Shown here: positions 27,512 to 38,496 of the stretch, one piece after another
Position numbering within the stretch: position 1 is the stretch's first letter
Layout of the letters: every line of letters starts with the position of its first letter
Source of the DNA: Dehalococcoidia bacterium
Lineage (GTDB): Bacteria > Chloroflexota > Dehalococcoidia > Plut-88900
Length of the DNA stretch: 64,000 bases
Reading direction: 5' to 3'
Assembly: GCA_965197645.1 (NCBI GenBank)
Contig: OZ240219.1
Span: 1,696,001-1,760,000, forward strand
The notes under the pieces: generated by a model
Database searches by the model: none
Told to the model about the DNA's origin: nothing
What the model saw: only the letters and a program-made list of their open reading frames with translations
Position numbers and translations under genes: made by a program

Positions 27512-28603
27512 TTGGATATCGGGATCATCGGGCTATCCGGAAGTGGCAAGTCCACCATCTTCAACTGCCTGATTCGCGGCAACGTCGATGGATCGGGACA
27601 GGGCGATCGGGTAAACCTCGGCGTGGCCAAGGTGCCCGACCCGCGACTCGATCGCCTTGCCGGGATATTTCAGCCGGAGCGGATAGTGCCGGCGGAGGTC
27701 CGGTACGTGGACGTACCCTTTACTCCTCGGGGCCTGGGAAAGACGGAGGGGTTCTCGGGGCAGCTGCTCAATCACCTGAGCAAGTGTGATGCTCTATTGC
27801 ACGTGGTGCGAGAGTTTGGTGAGCCGTCGGTGCCCCACGAGGAGGGAAGCGTCGATGCCGAGCGGGACATCGCAACCATGGACCTGGAGCTGGCCTACTC
27901 GGACATGGGCATTCTGGAACGGCGACGTCAGCGACTGGAAGACACTCTAAAGGGGGCCACGGCCCAGGAACGGCAACCGGTGCTGCGAGAGCAGGCGTTG
28001 ATCTCCCGGATCGAAGAGGGCTTGGAGAACAGTGTCAACGTTCGGGAGCAACAGATCGCTCCCGATGAGTCGAAGTCGATAAGCGGCTATCAGTTCCTTA
28101 CCGCGAAGCCGATGCTCCTGTTGGTCAACATCGGTGAGGAGGACCTTACCCGGATGGAGGAGCTTGAAGCCGACATGGCGGAGCGGTACCGGCGGCCGGG
28201 GGTGGGGACGGCGATGGTATCGGCGAAGCTGGAGGAGGAGCTGGCCCAGCTGGAGGAAGACGAGGCCCAGGTGTTTCGAGACGAGATGAACGTGGGGGAG
28301 CCGGCCACCGATAAGATCCTGCGGCGCTCCTACGATCTGTTGGGGCTGGTATCCTTCTTCACCACCGCCTCCAGCGAGGTCAGGGCCTGGTCCGTCCCCC
28401 GAAACACGGAGGCAGTCAAAGCGGCGGGCCGGATACACACAGATATGGAGCGGGGGTTCATTCGCGCAGAGGTGATAGGGTATGACGACCTGGTGGAGTG
28501 CGGCGGTCTGGCCGAGGCCCGGAAACGAGGGTTGTTGCGTTTGGAGGGGAAGGGTTACCAGGTCCAGGATGGAGACGTGATCACCTTCCTGTTCAATGTG
28601 TGA
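27512..28603 (+). CDS. ychF: Redox-regulated ATPase YchF
   Basis: GLSGSGKST, VPDPRL, FLTAKP, AGRIHTDMERGFIRAE, EGKGYQVQDGD..FNV. Confidence 0.93.
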   Translation: MDIGIIGLSGSGKSTIFNCLIRGNVDGSGQGDRVNLGVAKVPDPRLDRLAGIFQPERIVPAEVRYVDVPFTPRGLGKTEGFSGQLLNHLSKCDALLHVVREFGEPSVPHEEGSVDAERDIATMDLELAYSDMGILERRRQRLEDTLKGATAQERQPVLREQALISRIEEGLENSVNVREQQIAPDESKSISGYQFLTAKPMLLLVNIGEEDLTRMEELEADMAERYRRPGVGTAMVSAKLEEELAQLEEDEAQVFRDEMNVGEPATDKILRRSYDLLGLVSFFTTASSEVRAWSVPRNTEAVKAAGRIHTDMERGFIRAEVIGYDDLVECGGLAEARKRGLLRLEGKGYQVQDGDVITFLFNV

Positions 28604-28607
28604 GCCG

Positions 28608-29912
28608 ATGAACAGTCCACCTCGCCAGCGCAAGGGACCGATGACCCTGGGACTCTATCTGCACGTACCCTTCTGCGTGACCAAGTGCAACTACTGTGAT
28701 TTCAACACCTACGCCGGTATAGAAGACCTGATGCCGGCGTATGTCGATGCCCTGGTACTAGAGATCGGTATGTGGGGTCGGGTGGTGGATGGAGGCCCTC
28801 AAGTGGACACAATCTTCTTCGGCGGAGGCACCCCCTCCCACCTACCCGTGGAACAGATACGCAGGATCGTGGAAGCTTGCAATAATGCCTTCGACGTCGG
28901 TCTTCGTGCCGAGGTTACCCTGGAGTCCAACCCGGGAGACCTGACGTCCAGCCTGCTGGAGGGGCTGGTATCGGCAGGGGTGAACCGGCTGAGCATCGGT
29001 GTGCAGAGCTTTCACAATCGACATCTGGCGGCGCTGACCCGCAGACACTCGGCCGAGGAGGCGGTGAATGCCTTTCGAAGGGCCCAAGACGCCGGGTTCA
29101 CCAGCGTGAATCTGGACCTGATGTACGGCCTACCGGAGCAGTCTCTGCAGGAGTGGCAGGAAACCCTGGCCCAGGCGATGGAGCTGAGACCGGAACATCT
29201 GTCCCTGTACGCTCTGACCCTCGAGGAGGGAACGCCTCTTCATCGGAATGTTCGCCAGGGGACGGTGGCGGATCCTGACCCGGACCTGGCAGCCGACATG
29301 TACCTGCTCACCGAGGAACGGCTGGACAGAGCAGGCTACCGGCACTACGAGATCTCCAGCTGGGTGTTGCCCGGCCACGAGTGCCGGCATAACCTGGTCT
29401 ACTGGCGAAACCTGCCCTACCTCGGTATGGGGGCTGGGGCCCACTCGGGTTACGGGGGTTACCGGTTCTCCGACGAAAGGAGCCCGCGGAGGTACGTCGA
29501 GAGGGTTTCCCGGCTGGCGCAAGCGCGGAAGGAGAGCATCCACACTGATGTTTCGGAGGAGATGCTGAGGACGGTCGCACCCATCGACCAGCTGGAGGCC
29601 ATCGACCAGGGGTTGGAGATGGCAGAGACGATGATGCTGGGGCTGCGGCTCGAAGAGGGGGTCAGCTATGCCGGGTTCGAGGAGCGGTTCGAAAGGTCGT
29701 TGGAATCGGTGTATGGGACGGAGATCAGGGAGCTTGAGGGGCTGGAGCTGCTGGAGAGGCGGCCATCTACCCTCGGGCATGTTCCCCACGATGGCGGAGT
29801 CGACGGGAGCAAGAAGGCGAAAGACGGCGGGACGGAATCGGTGCGATTGACGTCCAGGGGCCGGTTGCTGGGCAACGAGGTGTTCAGCAGGTTTGTCGAG
29901 GTGCGGGTATAG
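28608..29912 (+). CDS. hemW: Radical SAM heme chaperone HemW (HemN-like)
   Basis: YLHVPFCVTKCNYCDF, GGGTPS, YEIS, HNLVYW; start 28608 or 28641. Confidence 0.88.
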   Translation: MNSPPRQRKGPMTLGLYLHVPFCVTKCNYCDFNTYAGIEDLMPAYVDALVLEIGMWGRVVDGGPQVDTIFFGGGTPSHLPVEQIRRIVEACNNAFDVGLRAEVTLESNPGDLTSSLLEGLVSAGVNRLSIGVQSFHNRHLAALTRRHSAEEAVNAFRRAQDAGFTSVNLDLMYGLPEQSLQEWQETLAQAMELRPEHLSLYALTLEEGTPLHRNVRQGTVADPDPDLAADMYLLTEERLDRAGYRHYEISSWVLPGHECRHNLVYWRNLPYLGMGAGAHSGYGGYRFSDERSPRRYVERVSRLAQARKESIHTDVSEEMLRTVAPIDQLEAIDQGLEMAETMMLGLRLEEGVSYAGFEERFERSLESVYGTEIRELEGLELLERRPSTLGHVPHDGGVDGSKKAKDGGTESVRLTSRGRLLGNEVFSRFVEVRV

Positions 29913-29988
29913 GTGTGCTCTGCCCCGTCTCGTTGCCCGTGCCATACCGCTCTGCTATTCTGAATCAGACCATGTACGAGGGTAATCT

Positions 29989-31851
29989 TTGTATGTCATA
30001 GGCACAGCGGGACACGTAGACCATGGGAAGTCGGCGCTGGTCCAGGCGCTGACCGGCATCGATCCGGACCGGCTCCAGGAGGAGAAGGAGCGGGGCCTGA
30101 CCATCGATCTCGGGTTTGCCTGGTTGACCCTGCCCAGCGGGCGTGAGGTCAGCATCGTCGACGTTCCAGGCCACGAGCGATTCATAAAGAACATGCTGGC
30201 CGGTGTGGGAAGCATAGACCTGGCCCTGCTGGTTGTTGCCGCCGACGAGGGGGTCATGCCCCAGACCCGGGAGCACCTGGCCATAGTCGATCTGCTCAGG
30301 ATCGACCGCCACCTGGTGGTGATTACAAAAAAGGACCTCGTGGAGGACGACTGGCTGGAGCTGGTTGAGGCCGATATCCAGGACGCCATCGAGGGGACGA
30401 GCCTGGAAGGGGCACAGATAATGGCGGTCTCGTCGATCACGGGAGACGGGCTGGACGACCTGGTGGCTGCCGTCGATGGCATGCTGCAAGAGGCGACCCC
30501 GAAGCAGGATATCGGCAGGCCGAGGCTGCCCATCGATCGCACGTTCACCATATCGGGATTCGGGACGGTGGTAACGGGTACGCTGATAGATGGCAAGCTG
30601 ACCGTCGGGCAGGAGGTCGAGGTCGTTCCGGGAGCGATAAAGAGCCGCATCCGGGGCATCCAGACCCACAAGAACAAGGTGGAGGTGGGGTCTCCGGGAT
30701 CGAGGGTGGCGGCCAACATATCGGGAGTGGGGCACGCGGAGATACGCAGGGGCCAGGTCCTCACTTCTCCCGGCTGGCTCAGAGAGAGCACCGCCGTTGA
30801 CGTTCGACTACGGATCATCCCGGATTGCCCCATCTCGATAAGACATAATGCCGCGGTGACCCTTCACATGGGCACCAGCGAGACGCCGGCCCTGGTGAGG
30901 CTGCTGGACTCGCAGGAGCTGGAGCCGGGCGCCGAGGGTTGGGCCCAGCTGCGGCTCCAGGACCCGATCGCCTTCATCAAGGGAGACCTGTTCATCATCC
31001 GGTCCCATCTGGGGACCCTGGGGGGCGGCGAGGTGGTAGAGACCCAGCCAAAACGGCACAAGCGTTTCCACGACAAGACCGTGGAGCGGCTGGAGGTGCT
31101 GGCTCAAGGTACTCCTGGGCAGGTGTTGATCAAAGTGCTGGAGTCCTCGGAGCCGCTTTCGGTGAAGAACCTCGTTCGAATAAGCACTCTCGCCGAGGAT
31201 ACGGCCAGGGAAGCCGTGCGGGCCCTGCACGAGGAGAAGGGGATAGTGGTGCTGGGAAAGGATGGACTCCAGGGCAATCCTCTCCTTTATTCCTATGCGG
31301 GGTGGCAGACTGTCAGGGAGAACAGTGAGGAGTACCTGCGGGGATACCACGAGCAGAACCCGCTGCGGCCGGGGGCGCCCAAGGAGGAGTTCCGCGGCAG
31401 GTTGAAGCTCTCGGCCCAGGCCTTCCCCCAGGTAATGGAGCGGCTGAAAGAGGAGGCAGTAGTCGTGGAAGAGGGTGCATCGGTGAGGCTACCCTCTCAC
31501 ACCCGGACGGTTAGCCAGGGCCAGCAGCAGGAGATAAACGCCTATCTGAAGGCGCTGGCCGGCAATCCCTTCTCGCCACCGACGGATATATCGATACTGC
31601 CGGAGCTGCTGTCAGGCCTGGTGGAGGAAGGCAAGGTGATCCGGGTCAGTGGAGACGTGGTCTTCGAGGCCGGTGCCTATCAGAAGATGGTCGACCAGGT
31701 GGTAGAGGAGGTGAGAGCGGAGGGCAAGGTGACAGTGGCGAGGGTAAGGGATATGTTCAAGACCAGTCGCAAGTACGCGCTGGCGTTTATGGAGTACCTG
31801 GACCAGGAAAAGATCACCCGTCGGGTCGGGGACGACAGAGTGCTGAGGTGA
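29989..31851 (+). CDS. selB: Selenocysteine-specific elongation factor
   Basis: [28 protein letters not shown]-terminal winged helices ending SRKYA..LEYLD..TRRVGD. Confidence 0.95.
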   Translation: MYVIGTAGHVDHGKSALVQALTGIDPDRLQEEKERGLTIDLGFAWLTLPSGREVSIVDVPGHERFIKNMLAGVGSIDLALLVVAADEGVMPQTREHLAIVDLLRIDRHLVVITKKDLVEDDWLELVEADIQDAIEGTSLEGAQIMAVSSITGDGLDDLVAAVDGMLQEATPKQDIGRPRLPIDRTFTISGFGTVVTGTLIDGKLTVGQEVEVVPGAIKSRIRGIQTHKNKVEVGSPGSRVAANISGVGHAEIRRGQVLTSPGWLRESTAVDVRLRIIPDCPISIRHNAAVTLHMGTSETPALVRLLDSQELEPGAEGWAQLRLQDPIAFIKGDLFIIRSHLGTLGGGEVVETQPKRHKRFHDKTVERLEVLAQGTPGQVLIKVLESSEPLSVKNLVRISTLAEDTAREAVRALHEEKGIVVLGKDGLQGNPLLYSYAGWQTVRENSEEYLRGYHEQNPLRPGAPKEEFRGRLKLSAQAFPQVMERLKEEAVVVEEGASVRLPSHTRTVSQGQQQEINAYLKALAGNPFSPPTDISILPELLSGLVEEGKVIRVSGDVVFEAGAYQKMVDQVVEEVRAEGKVTVARVRDMFKTSRKYALAFMEYLDQEKITRRVGDDRVLR

Positions 31852-31920
31852 GGCGAGTATGGTGACCATTACTACCCCCTGGCCGGGTCAGCGATTTAGC
31901 AAACCGGGAGGCGCCTAGAT

Positions 31921-33174
31921 ATGTCCTTGGACATGGAAAAGACGGTGGGGCAGATCGGGGACATGGTGGAGCTGCTGAAGGGTGGGGAGGAAGAGTGGGG
32001 AAGACACCTGCGAACCGCCCTTTCGACGCTGGACGAGGCCGGCGCCGACCCGGTTTCCCTGCAACACAAGCTATCGTTAGCCGCCGACAAGGTGACCTGG
32101 CTGGTGGCCGGGGTTGACGAGCCACTCACCGCCCGGTATCCCGCACCCGAGCTGCCGGCCGACTTTTCGGTCCTCGCAACCGACGGCTCCGATATGGACG
32201 TCGACCGGCACGGAGCGGCGAGCTGTTACCTCATCAACATCGGCAGCGTGACGCTGAAGTACGGAAGCCGGCCCGATGCTGCCCTGGAGAGCGAACCTCG
32301 ATTGTACGCCGACGAGGAGGACATGGTACTGCGGGACCCGACTTCCAACCAGGAGCAGATGGTGACCGGCCAGGTTCTGGGGGCCAAACGGATGGTGGAG
32401 GAGTGTCGAGCGCTGCGCAGGATGATCGAAGAACGGGTCGCGGACGAACCCGCCTTGGCGCTGCTGGATGGCTCTCTCATACTGTGGAACCTGGGAGGCC
32501 GAGCCGTCCCCGATTTCGTGCTGGACGCCCTTCTGCACCGGGGACTGATGAAGGAGCTGAGCGCGTTCGAAGCGGCGTCCAAGGACAAACGGGTGGCCCT
32601 GGCCAGCTACATCAGCCATCCACGAAGTACCGACGTGGTGAACGCTCTGCGAGTAGCCATATGTCCCCACGAATCAGTGGACTGTGACACCCATTGTTCC
32701 CGGGGCCGAGACGGAAACAAGAGCTGCGGGACCTGCATGTCGAACCCCGCCGATCGAAGGGAATGCGACGAAGTAGCCGGCGTCACCGATAGACATCTGT
32801 TCGGGGAGTTGTTGCAAACCGGAGAGCGATCGGCCCTGTTCCTGAACCGTTCGCAGATAATGAACAGCTACGCTGACGGCCAGAAGATACATTTCTTCTA
32901 CCTGAACGTGGGTGACGAGGTGGCGAGGGTGGAGGTACCTCAGTGGGTCGCCGAGCGTAGAGAGCTGGTCGATCTGCTCCATTCGGTCTGCCTGGACCAG
33001 TGCCGGAAAGGGCACGGCTATCCCATAGCCCTGTCCGAGGCCCACGAGCAGGCGGTGGTGACGGGCGCCGATAGGGAGCAGTTCTGGTTGATGGTGGACC
33101 ATGCGCTGGGGGGCAACGGTCTGTGGCAGGGCGGCTCGGCCAAGAGCGTCAGCAAACGGACGAGGTGGATTTGA
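31921..33174 (+). CDS. nurA: NurA-family 5'-3' nuclease
   Basis: ATDGS, LLDGSL, ARVEVP, GHGYPIALSEAHEQAVV. Confidence 0.85.
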   Translation: MSLDMEKTVGQIGDMVELLKGGEEEWGRHLRTALSTLDEAGADPVSLQHKLSLAADKVTWLVAGVDEPLTARYPAPELPADFSVLATDGSDMDVDRHGAASCYLINIGSVTLKYGSRPDAALESEPRLYADEEDMVLRDPTSNQEQMVTGQVLGAKRMVEECRALRRMIEERVADEPALALLDGSLILWNLGGRAVPDFVLDALLHRGLMKELSAFEAASKDKRVALASYISHPRSTDVVNALRVAICPHESVDCDTHCSRGRDGNKSCGTCMSNPADRRECDEVAGVTDRHLFGELLQTGERSALFLNRSQIMNSYADGQKIHFFYLNVGDEVARVEVPQWVAERRELVDLLHSVCLDQCRKGHGYPIALSEAHEQAVVTGADREQFWLMVDHALGGNGLWQGGSAKSVSKRTRWI

Positions 33175-33280
33175 CGGAGCAGCATCCTACTAGCGCCTCA
33201 CCAGCTCTATGCGGTCCCCGTAGGGTAGAACGTCTGCATTCGGCACTACGTTCAGGAAGCACTTCGCATGTTTCTGCTAT

Positions 33281-34198
33281 CTATTTGTTCCAAGAAGGAT
33301 GGAGTGCGGAAACCAATTCGCTCTCGACTGACAGCCGTGCGCGTTTATCGCCCTTTATCGGATGGAACCACAGATAGAACGCGGTGCCCGTTTTTGCCCC
33401 ATTGAAGATCAGGTTGTTGATTCTACAATTCGTCTCTTGGCCGCCCTTGTAACAGTTCCTAGGTGATATGGTGCCATATCCGGTTGGTCCCCAGCGGGAT
33501 TCTAGATTCTCGCATTCACCGATGTAGAGTGGGTCGTCGCCACCAATAAGGACGTAGATGCCACTCCGCCGCCAACCTCGCGCTACCCGAAACCGGCAGA
33601 ACGGGCCATCACCGTATCTGTTGAGGGGCAGGTCACTATCGTTATGAAACCTGGACTGAGGAAACTCTTTGATGACTGCGCCACTTTCGTCACACACTGG
33701 TAGGATCGGTCCGACGATTCTGAAAGACCGCCCCACAAGGATACGGTCCATTTTGCGGACTTCGACTCTTGAAGGATCAAATCGAAAGCCCTCTCCCCCT
33801 TCTTCGTAGATGTCCTGACGGCTGAGACTCAGGCCTTCGGGCCACACCGCGGTGGGATGAACAGGCCACACCTCTTCCCGGCTCAGCTTACGGTTGCCCT
33901 CCGGGGACCTCCGCCGCCGGAAAAGCAGAGTTTCCGCGTCCATGTCGACCTCGCTAGTCTCCCACCCCGGCACGACCCAGGCAAGAGCGTGGCTGTGACC
34001 GTTGCTCTCGCTTGGATTTTCCCACCACTGGCGGTAACGACATGCGGACGGAGGCAGGTTGAAACCGAGGATCAACTCTATCTCGGCGAAGGAGGTCCTC
34101 CACTCCCGGTCCTGAATACCGCACAGGTGAGTGTACAACCTCTGGTACTTGCCCCGATTCGCCATCGCTCGATACTTCTGTGCTCGGTCTATCGCCAT
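33281..34198 (-). CDS. Two-domain hypothetical protein: small N-terminal KY..L/SFAEIE/WWEN domain fused to a GIY-YIG nuclease domain
   Basis: GIYVL..LYIGECENL..R, GQETNCRIN, terminal E..L..P.WN; start uncertain (34219, 34198 or later). Confidence 0.6.
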   Translation of the reverse strand: MAIDRAQKYRAMANRGKYQRLYTHLCGIQDREWRTSFAEIELILGFNLPPSACRYRQWWENPSESNGHSHALAWVVPGWETSEVDMDAETLLFRRRRSPEGNRKLSREEVWPVHPTAVWPEGLSLSRQDIYEEGGEGFRFDPSRVEVRKMDRILVGRSFRIVGPILPVCDESGAVIKEFPQSRFHNDSDLPLNRYGDGPFCRFRVARGWRRSGIYVLIGGDDPLYIGECENLESRWGPTGYGTISPRNCYKGGQETNCRINNLIFNGAKTGTAFYLWFHPIKGDKRARLSVESELVSALHPSWNK

Positions 34199-34367
34199 GG
34201 AGAGCCACCTTCTGTTCACCAGCCAATCGGAGTTGTTTGTACAGCATGATTATAGTTAATACCCTTTTATCAAGTGTTTGCATGCGCCAAAGGGTGATCG
34301 TCGGCCAACCCAGGCTGAGGAGATGGGTACACTAGACTTGGGAGCCTATCCCGCAGTGCGGAACTGG

Positions 34368-36095
34368 CTAGAGGCCGCGTGCTTCCGCTCTGCCGAGGAC
34401 CTCGACGCCGCCGTGGAGCAGACCGCTCTCGGGGTCTATCAGGACCCCGCCCGGCTTGGCGAAGGCGTACTCGCTGTAATCGGTGCCGCCGTCGACCATG
34501 CGGTGACCTCGTTGGGCCAGCTTCTCCACGATCTCCTCATCGATCTCGTTGTCGTACAGGGTGTATCGCTCGCTGCAATCCACCCTGGGGGCGGCGATGG
34601 CATCCTGGACGCCCATCCCGTGGTCTATGACGTTCATGGTCACCTGGGTAACGGCATTCATTATCCGTCGACCCCCGGGTGCTCCGATGGCCAGGAATGG
34701 CTTGCCGTCCCGCATCACCATCAGGGGGCCCATGTTCACCAGCGGCCGTTTGTAACCCTCGATGGAGTTGGCCCGATTCGGCTCCGGGTGGAACCAGATC
34801 ATCCCGCCGGCCATCTGTACGCCCGTGCCCCTGGGCACCACCATCGATTGGCTGGCTATGGTGTGGGTGCAGGAGACCATGTTCCGGTCTTTGTCTACTG
34901 CACTGATGTGGCTGGTACTCGACGGCGGCGTGAGTCCCGATGGCTGGAAGGCGAGCTCGGGCTTGGGCGAGTCATCGAACTGCCACGGGTCGTGAATCGC
35001 CTTCGCCTCGTAGGCCGTCCATGGGTGTACGTCGCTACCCTCCAATGCTGCGTTCTCCGCATCTATCTCGCCGGCCACAGATGCCCCGTAGCCCGGAGAC
35101 AGCATGCCTTTCATGGGTACGGGGACGAACTGGGGGTCTCCCAGGTAGTGGTACCTATCGGCGAAGGCGTGACGGGTCCCCTCGATGAAGGTGTGAAGGT
35201 ACTCGACGGAGTTGTGTCCCAGGCTGCCCAAGTCGAAGCTGTTGAGGATGGAAAGGGTCTCCAGCTCGGTGATTCCTCCGTTGGCCACCGGTATACCCAG
35301 GATGTCGTGGCCGCGGTAGCTGACCCGTGCGGGTTCCATGAAGGTGGGTTCGTAGTCGGCCAGGTCTTCGGATGTGACGAGGCTTCCACCCGTGCTCATC
35401 TCGTCGACGATGGCCGCGGCTATATCGCCCCGGTAGAAAGCATCGGGGCCGTTTTTCGCTATGAGCCTCAGCGTCTGGCCCAGGTCCCTCTGTACCAGCT
35501 TTTCGCCCGCGCCGTAAGGGAACCCGTTGTTGAGAAAGATGGAGGCCGCCTCGGGGAAACGGGTCAGCACCGCCATCTCCGTAGCCAGGGTCGCTGCGCC
35601 GAAGGGAAGCAGATGGAACCCGTTTTCGGCGTAATGTATGGCCGGTTCCAGGACCTGCTCCAGGGGCAGGGAGCCGTAGCGCTGGTGGGCCTGGCAGAAG
35701 CCGGCGACGCTGGTGGGTACCGTTACGCTTCGGTGTCCGTGAAGGTTCTCATCTCCTTCCACCTCTTTGATGGCGATGGAGTCGTCGGCTGAGCCCAGCA
35801 CGTTGTACATATCCACGGTGGCGACCTTGGGGGCACGGGGGCAGAACTCCAAGGCCACCGTTTCGTTGCGGTCGGCTACGTGGATGAGCATGAACCCACA
35901 GCCGGCGATACAGACCTCGAAGGGCTCGACGACCCAGGAGGTGGCCGCGGCGGCAAAAGTAGCATCGATGGCGTTGCCGCCGGCTTTCAGCATCTCGTAC
36001 CCGGCCTCGGCCGAATGGGGATGGTTGGCGGTGATCAGCCCGTTGCTTGCGACGACCTCTTCCTTGCTGGTCCGTTTTCTCGTTCGTAACGCCAT
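34368..36095 (-). CDS. ggt: Gamma-glutamyltransferase family Ntn-hydrolase
   Basis: GGNAIDA, catalytic STSHIS, GAPGG; RBS GGAGGAG before ATG 36095. Confidence 0.85.
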   Translation of the reverse strand: MALRTRKRTSKEEVVASNGLITANHPHSAEAGYEMLKAGGNAIDATFAAAATSWVVEPFEVCIAGCGFMLIHVADRNETVALEFCPRAPKVATVDMYNVLGSADDSIAIKEVEGDENLHGHRSVTVPTSVAGFCQAHQRYGSLPLEQVLEPAIHYAENGFHLLPFGAATLATEMAVLTRFPEAASIFLNNGFPYGAGEKLVQRDLGQTLRLIAKNGPDAFYRGDIAAAIVDEMSTGGSLVTSEDLADYEPTFMEPARVSYRGHDILGIPVANGGITELETLSILNSFDLGSLGHNSVEYLHTFIEGTRHAFADRYHYLGDPQFVPVPMKGMLSPGYGASVAGEIDAENAALEGSDVHPWTAYEAKAIHDPWQFDDSPKPELAFQPSGLTPPSSTSHISAVDKDRNMVSCTHTIASQSMVVPRGTGVQMAGGMIWFHPEPNRANSIEGYKRPLVNMGPLMVMRDGKPFLAIGAPGGRRIMNAVTQVTMNVIDHGMGVQDAIAAPRVDCSERYTLYDNEIDEEIVEKLAQRGHRMVDGGTDYSEYAFAKPGGVLIDPESGLLHGGVEVLGRAEARGL

Positions 36096-36339
36096 CTCTA
36101 TCTCCTCCCGGTACGGATTGCTCCAAAGAAATGAATGGGCACCGGCATAGCAGAGGATAGCACCGCTTCGAGCCGATTGCACGCCGGGCGATATCGCAGG
36201 CCAGGATGTATTCTGATAGAATCCAGCCGGTAGCGGAACCACAGATTAGGCCTTTCGGCGCCGCGACAGGAGTGGGTGAGAGGTCCCGATCGACACCCAG
36301 TCCGGACACCCTATCAAAGCCCAGTGAGGATACGACCGG

Positions 36340-37188
36340 GTGAGCATAAAGATAGAGGACATCGAAGCCAACGGCATGAGGTTCCGTTGCCGTACGGCCG
36401 GTGAGACCGGGGAACCGGTGGTACTGCTTCACGGTTTTCCCGAGACGTCCCACATGTGGACCCCCTTGATGGAGTCGCTGGCCACACAGGGGTATCGTTG
36501 CCTGGCGCCGGACCAGAGGGGATACAGCCCCGGCGCACGACCGGAAGAGACGGAGCACTACAGCTACGATCACCTTGCGAGCGACGTCATCGCACTCGCT
36601 GACGCGATGGGATTTGGAAAGATACACCTTATCGGTCACGACCACGGGGCCGGGGTGGGATGGGCCACGGTCTTCCGAAATCTGGACCGGATGCAAAGCT
36701 GGACCGCCCTATCGGTTCCGCACGTCGCCGCCTTCGTTAATGCGATACGCACCGACCCCGACCAGCAGGAGCGCAGCACCTACATCGGATTCTTCGTGAA
36801 GCCCGAGGCGCCGGAAAAGGAGCTGTCCGCCAACGATTACCAGAGCTTCAAGGAGTGGTGGGCCCTCAGCTCCGCAGAGGAGGTGGAGGACTATCTATCG
36901 GTGTTCCGGCAGGAGGGAGCGCTGACAGCCGCCTTGAACTGGTATCGGGCGGGACTGATTGGGGCGGGCGCCCCTCTGCTGTCCGTCGGTTCGATTTCCA
37001 CGCCTACGCTGATGATATGGGGCAACCAGGACGATGCCATAGGCCGCAAATCCAACGAAGACGCGCCCCAGTACATGACCGGGCCCTACAGATTTGTCGA
37101 GCTGGACGCAGGCCACTGGCTCGTCCAGGAAAAGACCGAGCGGGTAATCGACGAAGTGCTCCAGCACCTCAGGGCCAATCCCTTATGA
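36340..37188 (+). CDS. Alpha/beta hydrolase (epoxide hydrolase/dehalogenase-like)
   Basis: LHGFPE, DQRGY, GHDHG nucleophile Asp, LNWYR, AGHW. Confidence 0.88.
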   Translation: MSIKIEDIEANGMRFRCRTAGETGEPVVLLHGFPETSHMWTPLMESLATQGYRCLAPDQRGYSPGARPEETEHYSYDHLASDVIALADAMGFGKIHLIGHDHGAGVGWATVFRNLDRMQSWTALSVPHVAAFVNAIRTDPDQQERSTYIGFFVKPEAPEKELSANDYQSFKEWWALSSAEEVEDYLSVFRQEGALTAALNWYRAGLIGAGAPLLSVGSISTPTLMIWGNQDDAIGRKSNEDAPQYMTGPYRFVELDAGHWLVQEKTERVIDEVLQHLRANPL

Positions 37189-37263
37189 GTTGACCAGGTC
37201 TGGCGCTGTGGCTAGTATCGGTGACGCCCGGCTAACTATCGAGAGGCAGACGGAGCCTGGAAC

Positions 37264-38496
37264 ATGAACTTCGAACTGGAGTATTCCCCGGAGCAGGAGA
37301 GCTTCCGCCGCGAGGTACGGGACTGGCTTGGCAAGAACGTTCCGGACGACCTGGAGTTCCCCGTAGACTCCGAAGACCTGACCTTCGAACAGTACCGGAA
37401 ACGCAGAGACTTGGGCCGGGCGTTGGGCAATAAGGGCTGGCTGTGGCCGGCGGCGCCGATGGAGTATGGCGGCGGCGGGCTGTCGATGGACCGGGCGATA
37501 ATCATAACGGAGGAGCTGGACAGACTCGACCTGTCGCTGCCCCCCTACTACGATACTGGAGGCGCCCTGGGAGGAGCCTCCATACTGGTGTGGGGCTCCG
37601 AGGAGCAGAAGAAACGCTTCCTTCCTCCAATCATGAAGGGAGAGGTGCGTACCTGGCAGCTTCTGAGCGAACCGAACGCCGGTTCCGATCTGGCCGGCGT
37701 CCAGACCACGGCCATCCGGGACGGTGACGAGTACGTGATAAACGGTCAGAAGATATTCGTCGGCAGCGATCATGGCGCCGAGCAGTCCTGGATGATATGC
37801 GTCACGGATCTCGATGGGGAGCGCCACAAGAACGTCTCCTGGCTGGTTGTGCCCATGGACCTACCCGGGATATCGGTGCAGCCGATGGACCTGCTCGCCA
37901 CCAGTGGAGAGGGAGGCGGCGGCACAGGCAAGAAGAACTCGGTCTACTTCGATAATGTGCGTGTGCCCGCCTTCAACCTGGTGGGGGGAGAGAACAAGGG
38001 CTGGGATGTAGCCACGACCCACCTGGAGTTGGAGCACGGCGGAGGCGGCACGGTACGTAGGAACACCCTCGTAGACCGGTTTATCCAATACTGCAAGGAG
38101 ACCCATCGCAACGGCGCTCCCTTGAGCAAGGACCCGGACGTCCGTCAGAGGCTGGTGGACATCTATATCCAGGCGGAGGTCTCCAGGCTGTTCGGACTGA
38201 GGAACTTCTACCTCGCCAACGCCGACAAACCCCGCTCCTACGAGGGGCCCCAGTCCAGCTATTTCGACAAGATGTCCGGTCTGGACATATCGGAGCAGAT
38301 GCTGGATATCCTGGGCCCCTTCGCATTGGTGAAGGACGATAAGTGGAGCGTACTGAATGGGGCTATAGAGATGTACCAGCGGACGGCCATCGTGGACTTG
38401 CATCCGGGGGGAACGGCGGATATTCAGAAGGTGATCATGTCCAGGCGAATCGGCATCGGCCGGCCAACCAGAGAAGCAGCGGGCGCACTGGCCTAG
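37264..38496 (+). CDS. Acyl-CoA dehydrogenase subunit
   Basis: SEPNAGSDLA, INGQKIF, VYFDNVRVP, GGTADIQK. Confidence 0.9.
   Translation: MNFELEYSPEQESFRREVRDWLGKNVPDDLEFPVDSEDLTFEQYRKRRDLGRALGNKGWLWPAAPMEYGGGGLSMDRAIIITEELDRLDLSLPPYYDTGGALGGASILVWGSEEQKKRFLPPIMKGEVRTWQLLSEPNAGSDLAGVQTTAIRDGDEYVINGQKIFVGSDHGAEQSWMICVTDLDGERHKNVSWLVVPMDLPGISVQPMDLLATSGEGGGGTGKKNSVYFDNVRVPAFNLVGGENKGWDVATTHLELEHGGGGTVRRNTLVDRFIQYCKETHRNGAPLSKDPDVRQRLVDIYIQAEVSRLFGLRNFYLANADKPRSYEGPQSSYFDKMSGLDISEQMLDILGPFALVKDDKWSVLNGAIEMYQRTAIVDLHPGGTADIQKVIMSRRIGIGRPTREAAGALA

Noticed and set aside
29755-29845. ~26-aa low-complexity insert near the HemW C-terminus
   Set aside because: Only a weak inverted repeat; likely a variable loop rather than an intein or mobile element
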